From NCBI GenBank assembly GCA_050251715.1, contig JBFWMG010000005.1, positions 139,766 through 203,765 on the forward strand: DNA of 64,000 bases, in the 5' to 3' direction. Source of the stretch: Desulfovibrionaceae bacterium. GTDB lineage: Bacteria > Desulfobacterota > Desulfovibrionia > Desulfovibrionales > Desulfovibrionaceae. Positions 28,750 to 38,492 of the stretch are shown here, one piece after another. Within the stretch, counting starts at the first letter, position 1; the number at the start of each line of letters is the position of its first letter. The notes beneath the pieces are model-generated. The model was given only the letters and a program-made list of their open reading frames with translations, was not told the origin of the DNA and searched no databases. The translations under genes were made by a program, and so were the position numbers.

Positions 28750-30180
28750 CTAGGCCTTGGGGAAACGCAGGCGCACCCGCGCGCCGCCTTCCGGGTTGTT
28801 GTCCAGTTCCAATACGCCCTTGTGACTTTTGACGATATTGCTGACGATGGCAAGCCCCAGGCCGGTGCCGTGGTCCTTGGTGGTGAAAAACGGATCCACG
28901 AGCTTTTCCCGCAGGGCGGGGTCGATGCCCGACCCTGAATCGTCCACCGTGAGCACGATCTCCTTGTCCGCAATGTCTGACGTGATGGTCAGCGTACCGC
29001 CCTGGGGCATGGCCTGCAAGGCGTTGGTGACGACGTTGTACACGGCGCGGTACAGGAAATCCGTGTCGCCCAGGATGAACAGGCCCGGCGCATAGCGCCG
29101 CTCCACCGCCACCTGGCACTTGCCGCATTCGCTTTCCAGAAAGCCCAGGGCTTGGTCCAGCACCATGGCGGCGTCCATGCGCTCCAGCTTGGGCTCCTTG
29201 GGCCGGGCATAATCCAGGAAGTCGTTGACCGTCTTGGACAGCCGCTTGGACTCGTCGTGGATGGCCTTGAGCACGCGGTAGCCGGGGTCGTTGTCCTTTT
29301 GGGCGCGTTGCAGCAATAGTTCGGCGCTGGAACGGATGATGCCCAGCGGATTGCGGATTTCATGGGCGATGCCGGACACGGTGCGGCCCATGCTGCCCAG
29401 CTTTTCGGCCTGGTGCAACTCCTGCTGCAACGCCTCCTTCTCGGCCTGCCGTTCCACGTTCACGCGGTCGGCGCGGCGGATAATGATGAGCAGGATGATG
29501 AACAGCGCCAGGGACGAGGCGCAGGACGTGCTGATGATGAGCCACTGGAAATTGACCACCGCGCGGTAGTCCGCCGTAATGTCCTGGGAAAATTCGAGCG
29601 CCCCCATGATGGGCGCGGTGGAGGTGCGCAGCGCGGTAAGGCTCTGCTCCGCCTTGAGCGGATAGTACGTCTTGAGGGTCACGCTGCCCGGCTTGGGGTC
29701 GAACTGGAACATGACCATGAACGGCGAGATGTCGCTCACGATCTCGAAGCTGTGCTTGCCGTTGTCCAGCGCCTCGTCCACGGCCTTGCCCGCCAGGGTG
29801 GCGTTGCCCAGCAGGGTGCGGTCCGTGGAGTAGGACACCTGCCGCTCATAGTCGTAGATGCGCAACTCCTGCACGTGCAGGCCGTGGATGGTGGACTGGA
29901 TGACCTGCTCCAGCCGGTCGTACTGCACGGGCTGGCGCAGGGCGATGCGGCCCTGGCCGATGAGCGTGGGCAGGGTGAAGCGGCGGTATATCTGGTGGTT
30001 CAGGTTCTCGGCCAGCAGCAGGGCGAATTCCTGCTGCTTGGTGAGCAGCGTCTTGTTGGCGGAATTGGCGATGACGATGGACACGAACAGCGTGGAGGCC
30101 AGGATGACGATGAACGAGCTCCACGACAGGAAGCGGGCAAAGCCCAGGGGTCGTTTGGAATCGGTGGTCGCCGCGCTCAC
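28750..30180 (-). CDS. membrane sensor histidine kinase
   Basis: 476 aa with a GTG start after a GGGAG RBS. It has two TM segments around a periplasmic region. The H-box is SGIAHEIRNPL, with HATPase N/G boxes. It ends 8 nt upstream of the response-regulator start. Confidence 0.9.
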   Translation of the reverse strand: MSAATTDSKRPLGFARFLSWSSFIVILASTLFVSIVIANSANKTLLTKQQEFALLLAENLNHQIYRRFTLPTLIGQGRIALRQPVQYDRLEQVIQSTIHGLHVQELRIYDYERQVSYSTDRTLLGNATLAGKAVDEALDNGKHSFEIVSDISPFMVMFQFDPKPGSVTLKTYYPLKAEQSLTALRTSTAPIMGALEFSQDITADYRAVVNFQWLIISTSCASSLALFIILLIIIRRADRVNVERQAEKEALQQELHQAEKLGSMGRTVSGIAHEIRNPLGIIRSSAELLLQRAQKDNDPGYRVLKAIHDESKRLSKTVNDFLDYARPKEPKLERMDAAMVLDQALGFLESECGKCQVAVERRYAPGLFILGDTDFLYRAVYNVVTNALQAMPQGGTLTITSDIADKEIVLTVDDSGSGIDPALREKLVDPFFTTKDHGTGLGLAIVSNIVKSHKGVLELDNNPEGGARVRLRFPKA

Positions 30181-30198
30181 TGCATGTGCTCCCGTGGC

Positions 30199-30301
30199 TA
30201 GAGCATCTTAACTTTGAAAAAGTTTAGATGCTCTTGTGCATTTTGTTGAAATAATGCTTCATTATTTCAACTTGCAACATTGCTTCAATGTTAAAATGCG
30301 C
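30199..30301 (-). repeat. AT-rich ~103-bp MITE-like repeat, copy C (inverted relative to A and B)
   Basis: The reverse complement aligns with copy B at 96 of 103 positions. It starts 19 nt upstream of the kinase start codon. Confidence 0.85.
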
Positions 30302-30392
30302 CAGCCCCGGGGGCGGTTCCGGCATGGTTTCCCGCCTGCCGCGGCATGAAAAAAGCGACCGGGGCAGCGCCCCGGTCGCGGGTCTCTCGTTG

Positions 30393-31565
30393 CTAGCCGA
30401 ACAGGACGTCGGCGATTTTGCCCATGGCCGTTTTCAGGGTGGCCTCGTCCAGGGCGTAGGAGATGCGGATGCAGCGGTCGTCGCCGAACGCCGCGCCGGG
30501 CACGGTGGCCACGCCCGCCTTTTCCAGCAGATAGGTGCACAAGGCGGCGGAATCAGGATATTCCGGCTTGTAGTGGGCGTGCACGTCCGGGAAGATGTAG
30601 AACGCGCCTTCGGGGCGCGGGCACAGCACGTCGGGCCATTCGGCCACCAGCTCCATGATGCGGTCGCGGCGCTGGGCAAAGGTGGCGTTCACGGTCTTGA
30701 GCATGTCCCACGGGCCGTTCAGCGCCTCGGTGGCCGCCTTTTGGGCAATGGAACAGATGTTGGACGTGGACTGGCCCTGGATCTTGGACAGCGCCTTGAT
30801 GAGGTCCGGGTGGGTGAGGATGAAGCCCACGCGCCAGCCGGTCATGGAAAAGCTCTTGGCCAGGCCGTTGACCACGGCCACCTGCTCGGGATGCTTCACC
30901 CACCAGCCCGCCAGGGTGCTGGGCTGGGCCGGGGCGAACACCAGGCGGTCGTAGATCTCGTCGGACACGATGAACAGACCCTTGGCAATGGCGTATTCGG
31001 CCAGGGCGTCGATCTCGGCCTGGGAATAGTGGCAGCCCGTGGGGTTGGAGGGGCTGTTGAGGATGAGCATCCGCGTCTTGGGCGTGGTGTACTTTTCCAG
31101 ATCCTCCACCGTGATCTTGAAACCCCTCTCGGCCGGGCTGGGCACGGTGACCGGCACGCCCTGGGCAAGCTCCACCATGGGCGGATAGCTGACCCAGTAG
31201 GGCGCGGGGATGAGCACCTCGTCACCCGGATCGAGCAAGGCCTGGAACAGGTTGAACAATCCCTGCTTGCCGCCGTTGGTGGTGATGGTGGCCTCCATGG
31301 GCGCGCTGATGTCGTAGCAGCGTTTGAAATAGCCCGCCACGGCGGTGCGCAGTTCCGGGGTGCCAGGCACCTGGGTGTACCGGACGAACTGCTCGTCGAT
31401 GGCCCGTTTCGCCGCCGCGCAGATGTTGTCCGGCGTGGGAAAATCGGATTCACCCACGGACAGGGAAATGATCTCCCGGCCCTGGGCGCGCAGGTCCATG
31501 GCCTTGGCGCTGACGGCCATGGTCGCGGACGGCTTGAGCTGCTGCAAACGCTGAGAAATGCGCAT
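30393..31565 (-). CDS. pyridoxal phosphate-dependent aminotransferase (aspartate aminotransferase class I)
   Basis: 390 aa from the ATG at 31565. Motifs GESDFPTP, NPSNPTG and the PLP-lysine region SKSFSMTGWRVG are present. Confidence 0.9.
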   Translation of the reverse strand: MRISQRLQQLKPSATMAVSAKAMDLRAQGREIISLSVGESDFPTPDNICAAAKRAIDEQFVRYTQVPGTPELRTAVAGYFKRCYDISAPMEATITTNGGKQGLFNLFQALLDPGDEVLIPAPYWVSYPPMVELAQGVPVTVPSPAERGFKITVEDLEKYTTPKTRMLILNSPSNPTGCHYSQAEIDALAEYAIAKGLFIVSDEIYDRLVFAPAQPSTLAGWWVKHPEQVAVVNGLAKSFSMTGWRVGFILTHPDLIKALSKIQGQSTSNICSIAQKAATEALNGPWDMLKTVNATFAQRRDRIMELVAEWPDVLCPRPEGAFYIFPDVHAHYKPEYPDSAALCTYLLEKAGVATVPGAAFGDDRCIRISYALDEATLKTAMGKIADVLFG

Positions 31566-31737
31566 GACTACTTCCCTCAAGGATATGAAAGGGTTGCAGA
31601 ATGGAGTTGACAACGGGCCACTGTTGCGGACTTGCAAAGACAGGCCACACTAGTGCAAAACCGTGCCGCAGTAAATACGGCGCGGCCCGCATACCCCTGG
31701 CCGGACCTTTTTTTTCACTTTTTTGCAAATAATAACG

Positions 31738-32457
31738 ATGCCCACACCCGCCCCGCTCCTTCCCTTTGGCCTCCCCACCCTGCCCGCCCGCTTCCTGCGC
31801 CGGGAAAAACGGTTTCTGGTCGAGGTGGCCACCGGCGCGGCACGCTTCTGGGTCCACACCAACAATTCCGGCAGCATGCTGGGCCTGTTGCGGCCCGGAT
31901 GCGAGGTGCTGTTGTCGCTGTCGGACAACCCAAAGCGCAAGCTGGCGCACACGCTGGAACTGGTGCACACGGGCGGCTGCTGGGTGGGCGTGAACACCAT
32001 GACGCCCAACCGCCTGCTGCGCGCGGCGTGGCGCGCGGGCGCGCTGCCCGAGGTGGCGGGCTACGGCGATTTCCGGCCCGAGGCCACGGTGGGCGACAGC
32101 CGGTTGGACGCCCTGCTCACCGGGCCGGGCCTGCCGCCGCTGTGGGTGGAGGCGAAAAACGTGACGCTTGTGGAGGACGGGGTGGCGGCCTTTCCCGACG
32201 CGGTGACCGTGCGCGGCCAGAAGCACCTGGCGGAACTGGCGGCGCTGGCGCGGCGCGGCGTGCGCACGGCGTGCTTCTATCTGGTGCAGCGGCCCGACGG
32301 CGCGTGCTTCGGCCCGGCGGACTATATCGACCCGGCCTTTGCCGCCGCGTTCTGGGACGCGGTGGATGCGGGCGTGGCCATGTGGCCCTACCGGGCCGGG
32401 GTTTCAGCCGCAGGCATCACGCTTGGCGAACGGCTGCCCCTGGCGCCGAGGCGGTAA
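31738..32457 (+). CDS. sfsA: sugar fermentation stimulation protein SfsA (DNA/RNA nuclease-like)
   Basis: [13 protein letters not shown]...HTNNSGSM...VEAKNVTL is characteristic of SfsA. Start at ATG 31738. Confidence 0.85.
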   Translation: MPTPAPLLPFGLPTLPARFLRREKRFLVEVATGAARFWVHTNNSGSMLGLLRPGCEVLLSLSDNPKRKLAHTLELVHTGGCWVGVNTMTPNRLLRAAWRAGALPEVAGYGDFRPEATVGDSRLDALLTGPGLPPLWVEAKNVTLVEDGVAAFPDAVTVRGQKHLAELAALARRGVRTACFYLVQRPDGACFGPADYIDPAFAAAFWDAVDAGVAMWPYRAGVSAAGITLGERLPLAPRR

Positions 32458-32537
32458 TATGGACAATGGCCGTTTCGCATGAGCGGCGGCTGGCGGCCGT
32501 GGCGCAGGCCAGGCCCGCAACAGGACGGCAGGTGCGG

Positions 32538-33287
32538 CTAGAGCAGCGACCAGGCGAACCGCGCCAGGAGGATGGCTCCGGCCTGGGCCACGTTGATGGA
32601 GTCGAGGGGGCGGGCCTGGGGGATGGAGAGCATGGCCTCGCACCGCTTGGCCACGCCGGGGCGCACGCCCTTTTCCTCGTTGCCCAGCACCAGCACCGCA
32701 GGCAGCCGCAGCGTGGACGTGAAGGCGTTCAGCCCGTCCGCCGCCGCGCCGTACACCGCAAACCCCTCGTCCGCCGCCGCTTCCAGGGCATGAGACAGGT
32801 TGGCCACCCTGGCCACGGGCGTGCGCGACAAGGTGCCGGACGAGGCCCGCTCCGCCGCCGCGCCCAGATGGGCCGCGTTGTGGCGGGGCACGATGATCCC
32901 GCCGCCGCCCAGGGCATACAGGGTGCGCGCCAGGGTGCCCGCGTTGCCGGGATCCTGCACCTGGTCCAGCGCCACGGCCACGGGCAGGGGGGCGTTGCGC
33001 ACCAGCGCCCACATCGTCTCCAACTCCACATAGCCCTGGGCAAAGATGCGCGCCGCAACGCCCTGGTGATTGCCTGGAAAAAGGGCGTCGAGACGTTCCT
33101 TGGGCACAAAGGAAAACCGCACCCCGGCCTTGCGGCATGCATCGACAATGGAGTCGAACCCCGAACCGTGCAGGCCGCGTTGCAGGAAAACATGCTCCAC
33201 CTGCTCCGGATCTTCCCGCACACGCTCGGCAACGGGTTTTCGGCCTGTCAAAACAACATCTGCCTGCGGGGTGTTCTTTACATCCAT
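32538..33287 (-). CDS. rlmB: TrmH/SpoU family RNA 2'-O-methyltransferase (RlmB-like)
   Basis: 249 aa with SpoU motifs (LDQVQDPGNAGTLARTL, LVLGNEEKG, IPQARPLDSINVAQAGAI). Confidence 0.85.
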   Translation of the reverse strand: MDVKNTPQADVVLTGRKPVAERVREDPEQVEHVFLQRGLHGSGFDSIVDACRKAGVRFSFVPKERLDALFPGNHQGVAARIFAQGYVELETMWALVRNAPLPVAVALDQVQDPGNAGTLARTLYALGGGGIIVPRHNAAHLGAAAERASSGTLSRTPVARVANLSHALEAAADEGFAVYGAAADGLNAFTSTLRLPAVLVLGNEEKGVRPGVAKRCEAMLSIPQARPLDSINVAQAGAILLARFAWSLL

Positions 33288-33523
33288 TTCGCATTCCTGG
33301 GGTGCGCCATTATGGCACTGTTATAGTCCATATGTTGCATATATGCTCTTTTTCTGTTGCAGGGCGCTCGCAATTCCGTTACCTAGCAAGGCTAGGAATG
33401 ATGACGCGCTCAATGCACAGGGCTTTTTGGGGCGTTTGCGCCACCCAGGCGCGCGTCCTGCCGCGCGCCGCGCCCGGCCTGGAGCACTGCCATGACCTTT
33501 ATCCGCTAACTACAGGGGATTGC

Positions 33524-35152
33524 ATGAAACGAGCTGTTTTTCCCGCCCTCTTCATCGCCCTTCTCGTCTTCACTGGTTGTGCCTCCAAAACCATCCCCTC
33601 CGCGCCGCAAGAAACCGTTGCCAACGACGCGGTCCTGACGGCCGATGCGCCCGGGGAGTCCCTTGCCGACACGGAAAAGGCTCCGGTGGACGCCGAATTG
33701 AACGATGCCACGGACAACCTTGTCGTGGTGGACGACAATGCCCCACTTACCCCGCAAGAGCAACTGGCCCTGGATACCCAGGACTCGCTCCTGGTTCCCG
33801 ACGCCGAGGATAACGAAGATATTCAACTGTATTTCAAGTACTTTACACATAAGAAACGCGACACCTTCGCCGCGTGGCTCACCCGTTCCGAACGGTACCT
33901 GCCCTTTGTCAAAAAGGTCTTCCGCGACAAGGGGCTGCCCGAAGAGCTGGCGTATCTGCCCTTTGTGGAAAGCGGATACAACGCCAAGGCGTATTCACGG
34001 GCCGGGGCGGCGGGGTGCTGGCAGTTCATGTCCTTTACCGGACGCAAATACGGTCTGAACAAGAGTTGGTGGATCGATGAGCGGCGCGACCCGTTCAAGG
34101 CGACCTACGCCGCCGCCGCCTATCTTTCCGACCTCTACAAGATGTTCGACGACTGGTACTTGGCGCTGGCGGCCTACAACGCGGGCGAGGGCAAGATCAA
34201 GCGCGCCATCGACGGCACGGGCGCGGAGGATTTCTTTGAGCTGGCCGAAAAAAACCATTCCCTGAAGCGGCGCGCCCGGCTCAAGCTGGAAACCCGCCAT
34301 TACGTGCCCAAATTCCTGGCCGTGCTCAAGATCCTGCGCAACCTGGAATCCCTTGGCTTCGACCCCATTGACGAGACCGCCGCGCCGGAATTCGCCACGG
34401 TCACGGTCAAGGGCGGCACCGACCTGCTGGCCCTGGCCCAGGCCTGCGACATGGAGTGGAACGATTTTTACCAGGACAACCGCGCCTTTGCGCGCTACGT
34501 CAGCCCGCCGGACTATGAGGCCACGGTGTACCTGCCCGCGGACAAGCTGGAACAGGCCACGGCCTTTCTCAAAAAACCCACGGCCACGCCCTATGCGGGC
34601 TACCGCATGTACCGCGTGCGCTCGGGAGACTCCTGGTACCGCATCAGCGGCCGCTACGGCGTGCCCGTCGCCATTCTGAAGACGGTGAACAAGACCCGCA
34701 GCAACACCCTGAGCATAGGCCAGCAGGTCATGATCCCCAGGGCCGGACAAAGCATGGCCGTTGACTCGCCTGCGGAAAAAACCCGCAAGATCGCCCAGAA
34801 ACGCGGCAACTACACCGTGCACAGCGGCGACACCCTGTCCGAAATCGCCCAGCGCTACGGCGTGAGCACCTCGACCCTGATGCGGGCCAACGGCCTGTCC
34901 TCGCCGCGCCGCCTGCGCAGCGGCCAGACCTTGTACATCCCTGGCCGCGACGCGCCCGCCGCCGACACCAAGCTGACGCTGGCCAAGGCCGAAAAGGTGA
35001 AGCAGGCCATCACCTACAAGGTGCGCAAGGGCGACTCCCTGTGGGCCATCGCCCGCCGCTTCGGCGTGTCCTCCGCCGACCTCATGCGCTGGAACAAGCT
35101 GTCCAGCCGCTCGGTGATCCAACCCGGCGACACGCTCAACGTGTACCGCTAG
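33524..35152 (+). CDS. mltD: lytic transglycosylase lipoprotein with three LysM domains (MltD-like)
   Basis: ATG at 33524. It has a lipobox (LVFTGC), an SLT catalytic region (ESGYNAKAYSRAGAAGCWQFM, AYNAGEG) and three C-terminal LysM repeats (YRVRSGDSWYRIS, YTVHSGDTLSEIA, YKVRKGDSLWAIA). Confidence 0.9.
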   Translation: MKRAVFPALFIALLVFTGCASKTIPSAPQETVANDAVLTADAPGESLADTEKAPVDAELNDATDNLVVVDDNAPLTPQEQLALDTQDSLLVPDAEDNEDIQLYFKYFTHKKRDTFAAWLTRSERYLPFVKKVFRDKGLPEELAYLPFVESGYNAKAYSRAGAAGCWQFMSFTGRKYGLNKSWWIDERRDPFKATYAAAAYLSDLYKMFDDWYLALAAYNAGEGKIKRAIDGTGAEDFFELAEKNHSLKRRARLKLETRHYVPKFLAVLKILRNLESLGFDPIDETAAPEFATVTVKGGTDLLALAQACDMEWNDFYQDNRAFARYVSPPDYEATVYLPADKLEQATAFLKKPTATPYAGYRMYRVRSGDSWYRISGRYGVPVAILKTVNKTRSNTLSIGQQVMIPRAGQSMAVDSPAEKTRKIAQKRGNYTVHSGDTLSEIAQRYGVSTSTLMRANGLSSPRRLRSGQTLYIPGRDAPAADTKLTLAKAEKVKQAITYKVRKGDSLWAIARRFGVSSADLMRWNKLSSRSVIQPGDTLNVYR

Positions 35153-35183
35153 CCGCACGGCGGCACGCCCCCCCGCAACGATT

Positions 35184-35232
35184 GGCGGGCAGGGATTCCG
35201 GTCCAATCCGGCACCCTGCCCGCCTCATTTTT
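35184..35232 (+). terminator. intrinsic terminator after mltD
   Basis: GGCGGGCAGGG...CCCTGCCCGCC stem followed by TCATTTTTCTT. Confidence 0.65.
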
Positions 35233-35430
35233 CTTCCCTGTCCCTGCCGCCGCGCTGCTGGACGCGGCCTTTGGCGGCGGTCTTCCCGGCCGCCACGTCG
35301 CCATCCCATGCCCTCGCCGGTGCGCCGCCGGGAGCGCACCGGCCCTTCATGCCGGACGCCCGGCGGGCGTTTCAACGGCACAAAGAGGTGAGACCGCGCA
35401 TGACGCGGACGGCCTGGGCTGCGCGCACCG

Positions 35431-36279
35431 CTACGCCGCGCCCAGCGCGGCCAACAGCACGGCGCGGCCTGCGGCGGGATCCAGGTCAAGGCCGGTCCAC
35501 AGGCGGAACTGGGCGGCGGCCTGGGCCATGAACATGTCCAGGCCATCGCACACCGCGCAGCCCGCGGCGGCGGCCTCGCGCAGGAACCGGGTGCGCAGGG
35601 GGTTGTACACGATGTCGTAGGCGATCATGCCCTGGGCAAAGGCGGCTGCGGGCCAGGGGGTTTCCGCCTCGCGCTCGCCGTGCATGCCAAGGGGGGTGGT
35701 GTTGACCACGCAGGCCGCGTTGCAATGGGTGCGTTCTTCCCAGGGCACGCAGTCCACATCAAAGGCCCGGGCCAGCGCCTGGGCGCGTTCGGGCGTGCGG
35801 TTGGTCACGATCACGCGGCCCACGCCCAGGGTCTTGAGACCCGCGATGACGGCGCGCGCCGCGCCCCCCGCGCCCAGCACCATGGCAGTGGCGGGCGGGG
35901 TGGCGGCCATGCCGGCGCGTTGCAGGGGGGCGATAAAACCTTCCAGGTCGGTATTGTCGCCATGCAGGACGCCGTCGCGCCAGTACAGGGTGTTGACCGC
36001 GCCCACGGCGCTGGCCGTGGCGGTCACGTGGTCCACCAGGCCAAGGATGGTCTCCTTGTGCGGGATGGTGACGCTGGCGCCCGCAATGGGCAGGGTGCGC
36101 GCGGCCTGGACAAAATCCGCCACCTTGCCGGGCGGCAGGGGCCAGGCCATGTACACGGCGTCCAGGCCGTGGCGGGCGAATCCCCAGTTGTGGATGGTGG
36201 GGCTCAGGGTGTGGCCCAGGGGATGGCCGATGATGCCGTAGAGGTGTTGGGGCGGGCGGGGCAAGGTCTCGTGGCTCAC
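35431..36279 (-). CDS. aroE: shikimate dehydrogenase
   Basis: LYGIIGHPLGHTLSPTIHN, the SVTIPHK motif and NTD..G are AroE hallmarks. The start is set at GTG 36279 after AAGGAG; the ORF is open to 36342. Confidence 0.9.
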   Translation of the reverse strand: MSHETLPRPPQHLYGIIGHPLGHTLSPTIHNWGFARHGLDAVYMAWPLPPGKVADFVQAARTLPIAGASVTIPHKETILGLVDHVTATASAVGAVNTLYWRDGVLHGDNTDLEGFIAPLQRAGMAATPPATAMVLGAGGAARAVIAGLKTLGVGRVIVTNRTPERAQALARAFDVDCVPWEERTHCNAACVVNTTPLGMHGEREAETPWPAAAFAQGMIAYDIVYNPLRTRFLREAAAAGCAVCDGLDMFMAQAAAQFRLWTGLDLDPAAGRAVLLAALGAA

Positions 36280-36590
36280 GGGCGGGCTTCTCCTTGGGCC
36301 TGATGCGGCGCGTTGGTTGCGGTGCGGCGTTGCGGTATGCAAGGACCGGATGCACGGGGCTGCCTGTCCGTTGCGGCGGCGGACGCCAGGGCACCCTTTT
36401 TTCTTTATGATACTGTCTTGTTATTGGAATATTGCGCCTCGCGCAACCGTCGCCCTCCACAGGCTGCGGCGGCGTTGCGGCTTGGCTGCCCGCCGCAAGG
36501 GCTGGACAGGCCGCTGCAAGCACATACCCCGATGGCCGGGACGAACGCAAGCGGGACCACGGGCAGCCGTGCGCGCCTGCCGCCACGCGA

Positions 36591-37730
36591 TCAGGGCGCG
36601 GCGGAAGGGGCGGCAGGGGATGCGGCAGGGGATGTGGCTGGCGGCGCGGACGCCGTGGGCGCGGCGCACAGGTCCAGGCGTTGCGCCTCGCGCAGGGGCG
36701 CGCACAGCCCCAGGACGCAGGCACGGTCAAAATCCGCGCACATGCGCGCGGGCTTGCCCAGCACGTCATACGCATAGCCGCGCGAGGCAAGGGCCGCCGC
36801 ATCGTCCGGCGCGGTGGCCAGGGCCATGTCGTACAGCCGTGCCGCATCCTGCCACTGGCCGCGCCGGGCCAGGGCACGGCCTTGGGCGAGCAGGTCCGCT
36901 GCCGTGCCGCCCGCCGTGTCCAAAGAAAACGGCTCGGGCGCAGCCGGTACGGGCGCGGCTGGCATGGCCGCCTGCGTGCCGTTTGAGGACTGCGTGGAGA
37001 CGGTGGAGGCGTTGGCCGCACCATCCGTTGCGGTTTGTGGTGCGGCGGCAACACCCGTTTGAGCGACCGGAGCCGTAGCGTTGGCCGCGCCTTCCGGTCT
37101 AGTTGCGTTCGCCACGCCTTCCAGCCCGATAGCGTTCGCCACGCCTTTCAGTCCGGTTGCGGCAGCCGCTGCGGCCAGCCAGGGGTCGGCCAGCCGTCCC
37201 TTGCTCACGCTCACATCCGGCACGGCCATGTCCGCCCACGGGGCAGGCAGGGCGGCGTCCAGCGCGTCCATGGCCTGGGCCCGTTGCCGCGCGGGTTGCG
37301 GATCGGGCTTGCCAAGGCTGCGGTTGTACAGCACGTCGCGCGCATAGGCGGCAAAGACCGCCACGTCCACGCTTACCTGCGCCTTGACGAACACCCCCTG
37401 CCCGCCCTGGGCGGCAAACGGCTCCGACGCCACGATGCCCGGCTCGAACAGCCTGCCCACCAAGGCGGCCACCTCCGCGCGGGACAGCGTTTCCGCGCCC
37501 GCAATGCCGCGCAGGCGCGGCAGCACGATGGATACGGCCTTGTCGAGCGCACCCTCGACCGCCGCATCCCTGGCCCGCGCCACGGTCTGGTCCACGGCTT
37601 CTCCCGGCGCCGCGAGCAGCCGCACATCCCGCACCACGGCCACGGCGGCCTCGCCAAAGGCGCTGGCTGCAACCGCAACCAACATCGCAACACACACCGC
37701 CGCCGCCACCCCTCGCGCCATCCGTTTCAT
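36591..37730 (-). CDS. secreted Ala/Pro-rich protein with C-terminal TPR-like region
   Basis: ATG at 37730 follows GGGAG. It has a signal peptide (MKRMARGVAAAVCVAMLVAVAASAFG), an internal GVANA(I/T) repeat block and a TPR-like segment (AQGRALARRGQWQDAARLYDMALATAPDDAAALASRGYAY). Confidence 0.65.
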   Translation of the reverse strand: MKRMARGVAAAVCVAMLVAVAASAFGEAAVAVVRDVRLLAAPGEAVDQTVARARDAAVEGALDKAVSIVLPRLRGIAGAETLSRAEVAALVGRLFEPGIVASEPFAAQGGQGVFVKAQVSVDVAVFAAYARDVLYNRSLGKPDPQPARQRAQAMDALDAALPAPWADMAVPDVSVSKGRLADPWLAAAAAATGLKGVANAIGLEGVANATRPEGAANATAPVAQTGVAAAPQTATDGAANASTVSTQSSNGTQAAMPAAPVPAAPEPFSLDTAGGTAADLLAQGRALARRGQWQDAARLYDMALATAPDDAAALASRGYAYDVLGKPARMCADFDRACVLGLCAPLREAQRLDLCAAPTASAPPATSPAASPAAPSAAP

Positions 37731-37928
37731 ACCGCCGCTCCCTGTCTGGAAAGAGTGCCCGCGCCCCACCGGATACGGTCCTTGCCGTCATCGTGCCTCA
37801 ACCGCGCCGTCCCTGTCCAACCTTTCCCTTCCCCTCATGGCCCAACCCGCCGCCCCTGTGCGGCGTTTCCACAAAAAAGGGCGGGAGCCAAGCCCCCGCC
37901 CAGTATAAGCGCACATCCCCAGCGTGGG

Positions 37929-38492
37929 CTATGCCGTGGCCATGGCCTCGCAGGCGCGGTCCGCGCCCGCCTGGATCGCCTCGGCGTTCTTGGGAATGAG
38001 GTGTTTGTAGTGTGCGGAGATGACCTTTTCCAGGCTCTTCTTCACGATGTCGAGGGGCAGCACGCCCGTGGCCTGCACATAGGCGCCCAGGGCGACCATG
38101 TTGGCCATGCGGGAGTTGCCCAGCCCATCCGCAATCTCGTTGGCCGGAACCGCAATGCAGCGCACGCGCGCGGCATCGGCCAGGGCCGGGTCCACCAGCG
38201 AGGAGTTGATGACCAGCACGCCGCCGTCCTCCAACCGGGACTGGAACTTGTCCAGGGACGGCCGGTTCATGATGATGAGGCTCTTGGGGGTGTGGATGAT
38301 GGGCGAACCGATCTCGTCCTCGCTGATGACCACGGTGCAGTTGGCCGTGCCACCGCGCATTTCCGGGCCGTAGACCGGGATGTAGGTCACGTTGAGGCCC
38401 GCGTTCATGCCCGCGTAGGCCAGAAGGTTGCCGATGAGCATGACGCCCTGGCCGCCGAATCCGGCAATGATGGCATCCTGGTACAAACTCAT
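37929..38492 (-). CDS. korC: 2-oxoacid:ferredoxin oxidoreductase, gamma subunit
   Basis: IIAGFGGQGVMLIG...YGPEMRGGTANCTVVIS is the canonical gamma-subunit signature. It is the last gene of a 4-gene operon. Substrate specificity (2-oxoglutarate versus another 2-oxoacid) cannot be determined from the sequence. Confidence 0.85.
   Translation of the reverse strand: MSLYQDAIIAGFGGQGVMLIGNLLAYAGMNAGLNVTYIPVYGPEMRGGTANCTVVISEDEIGSPIIHTPKSLIIMNRPSLDKFQSRLEDGGVLVINSSLVDPALADAARVRCIAVPANEIADGLGNSRMANMVALGAYVQATGVLPLDIVKKSLEKVISAHYKHLIPKNAEAIQAGADRACEAMATA

Noticed and set aside
30181-30301. Sigma54 or clear sigma70 promoter for the kinase operon inside repeat copy C
   Set aside because: There is no GG-N10-GC match. 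Several -35/-10-like hexamers, such as TTGCAA-N17-TTATTT, can be found, but such matches are expected by chance in AT-rich sequence.
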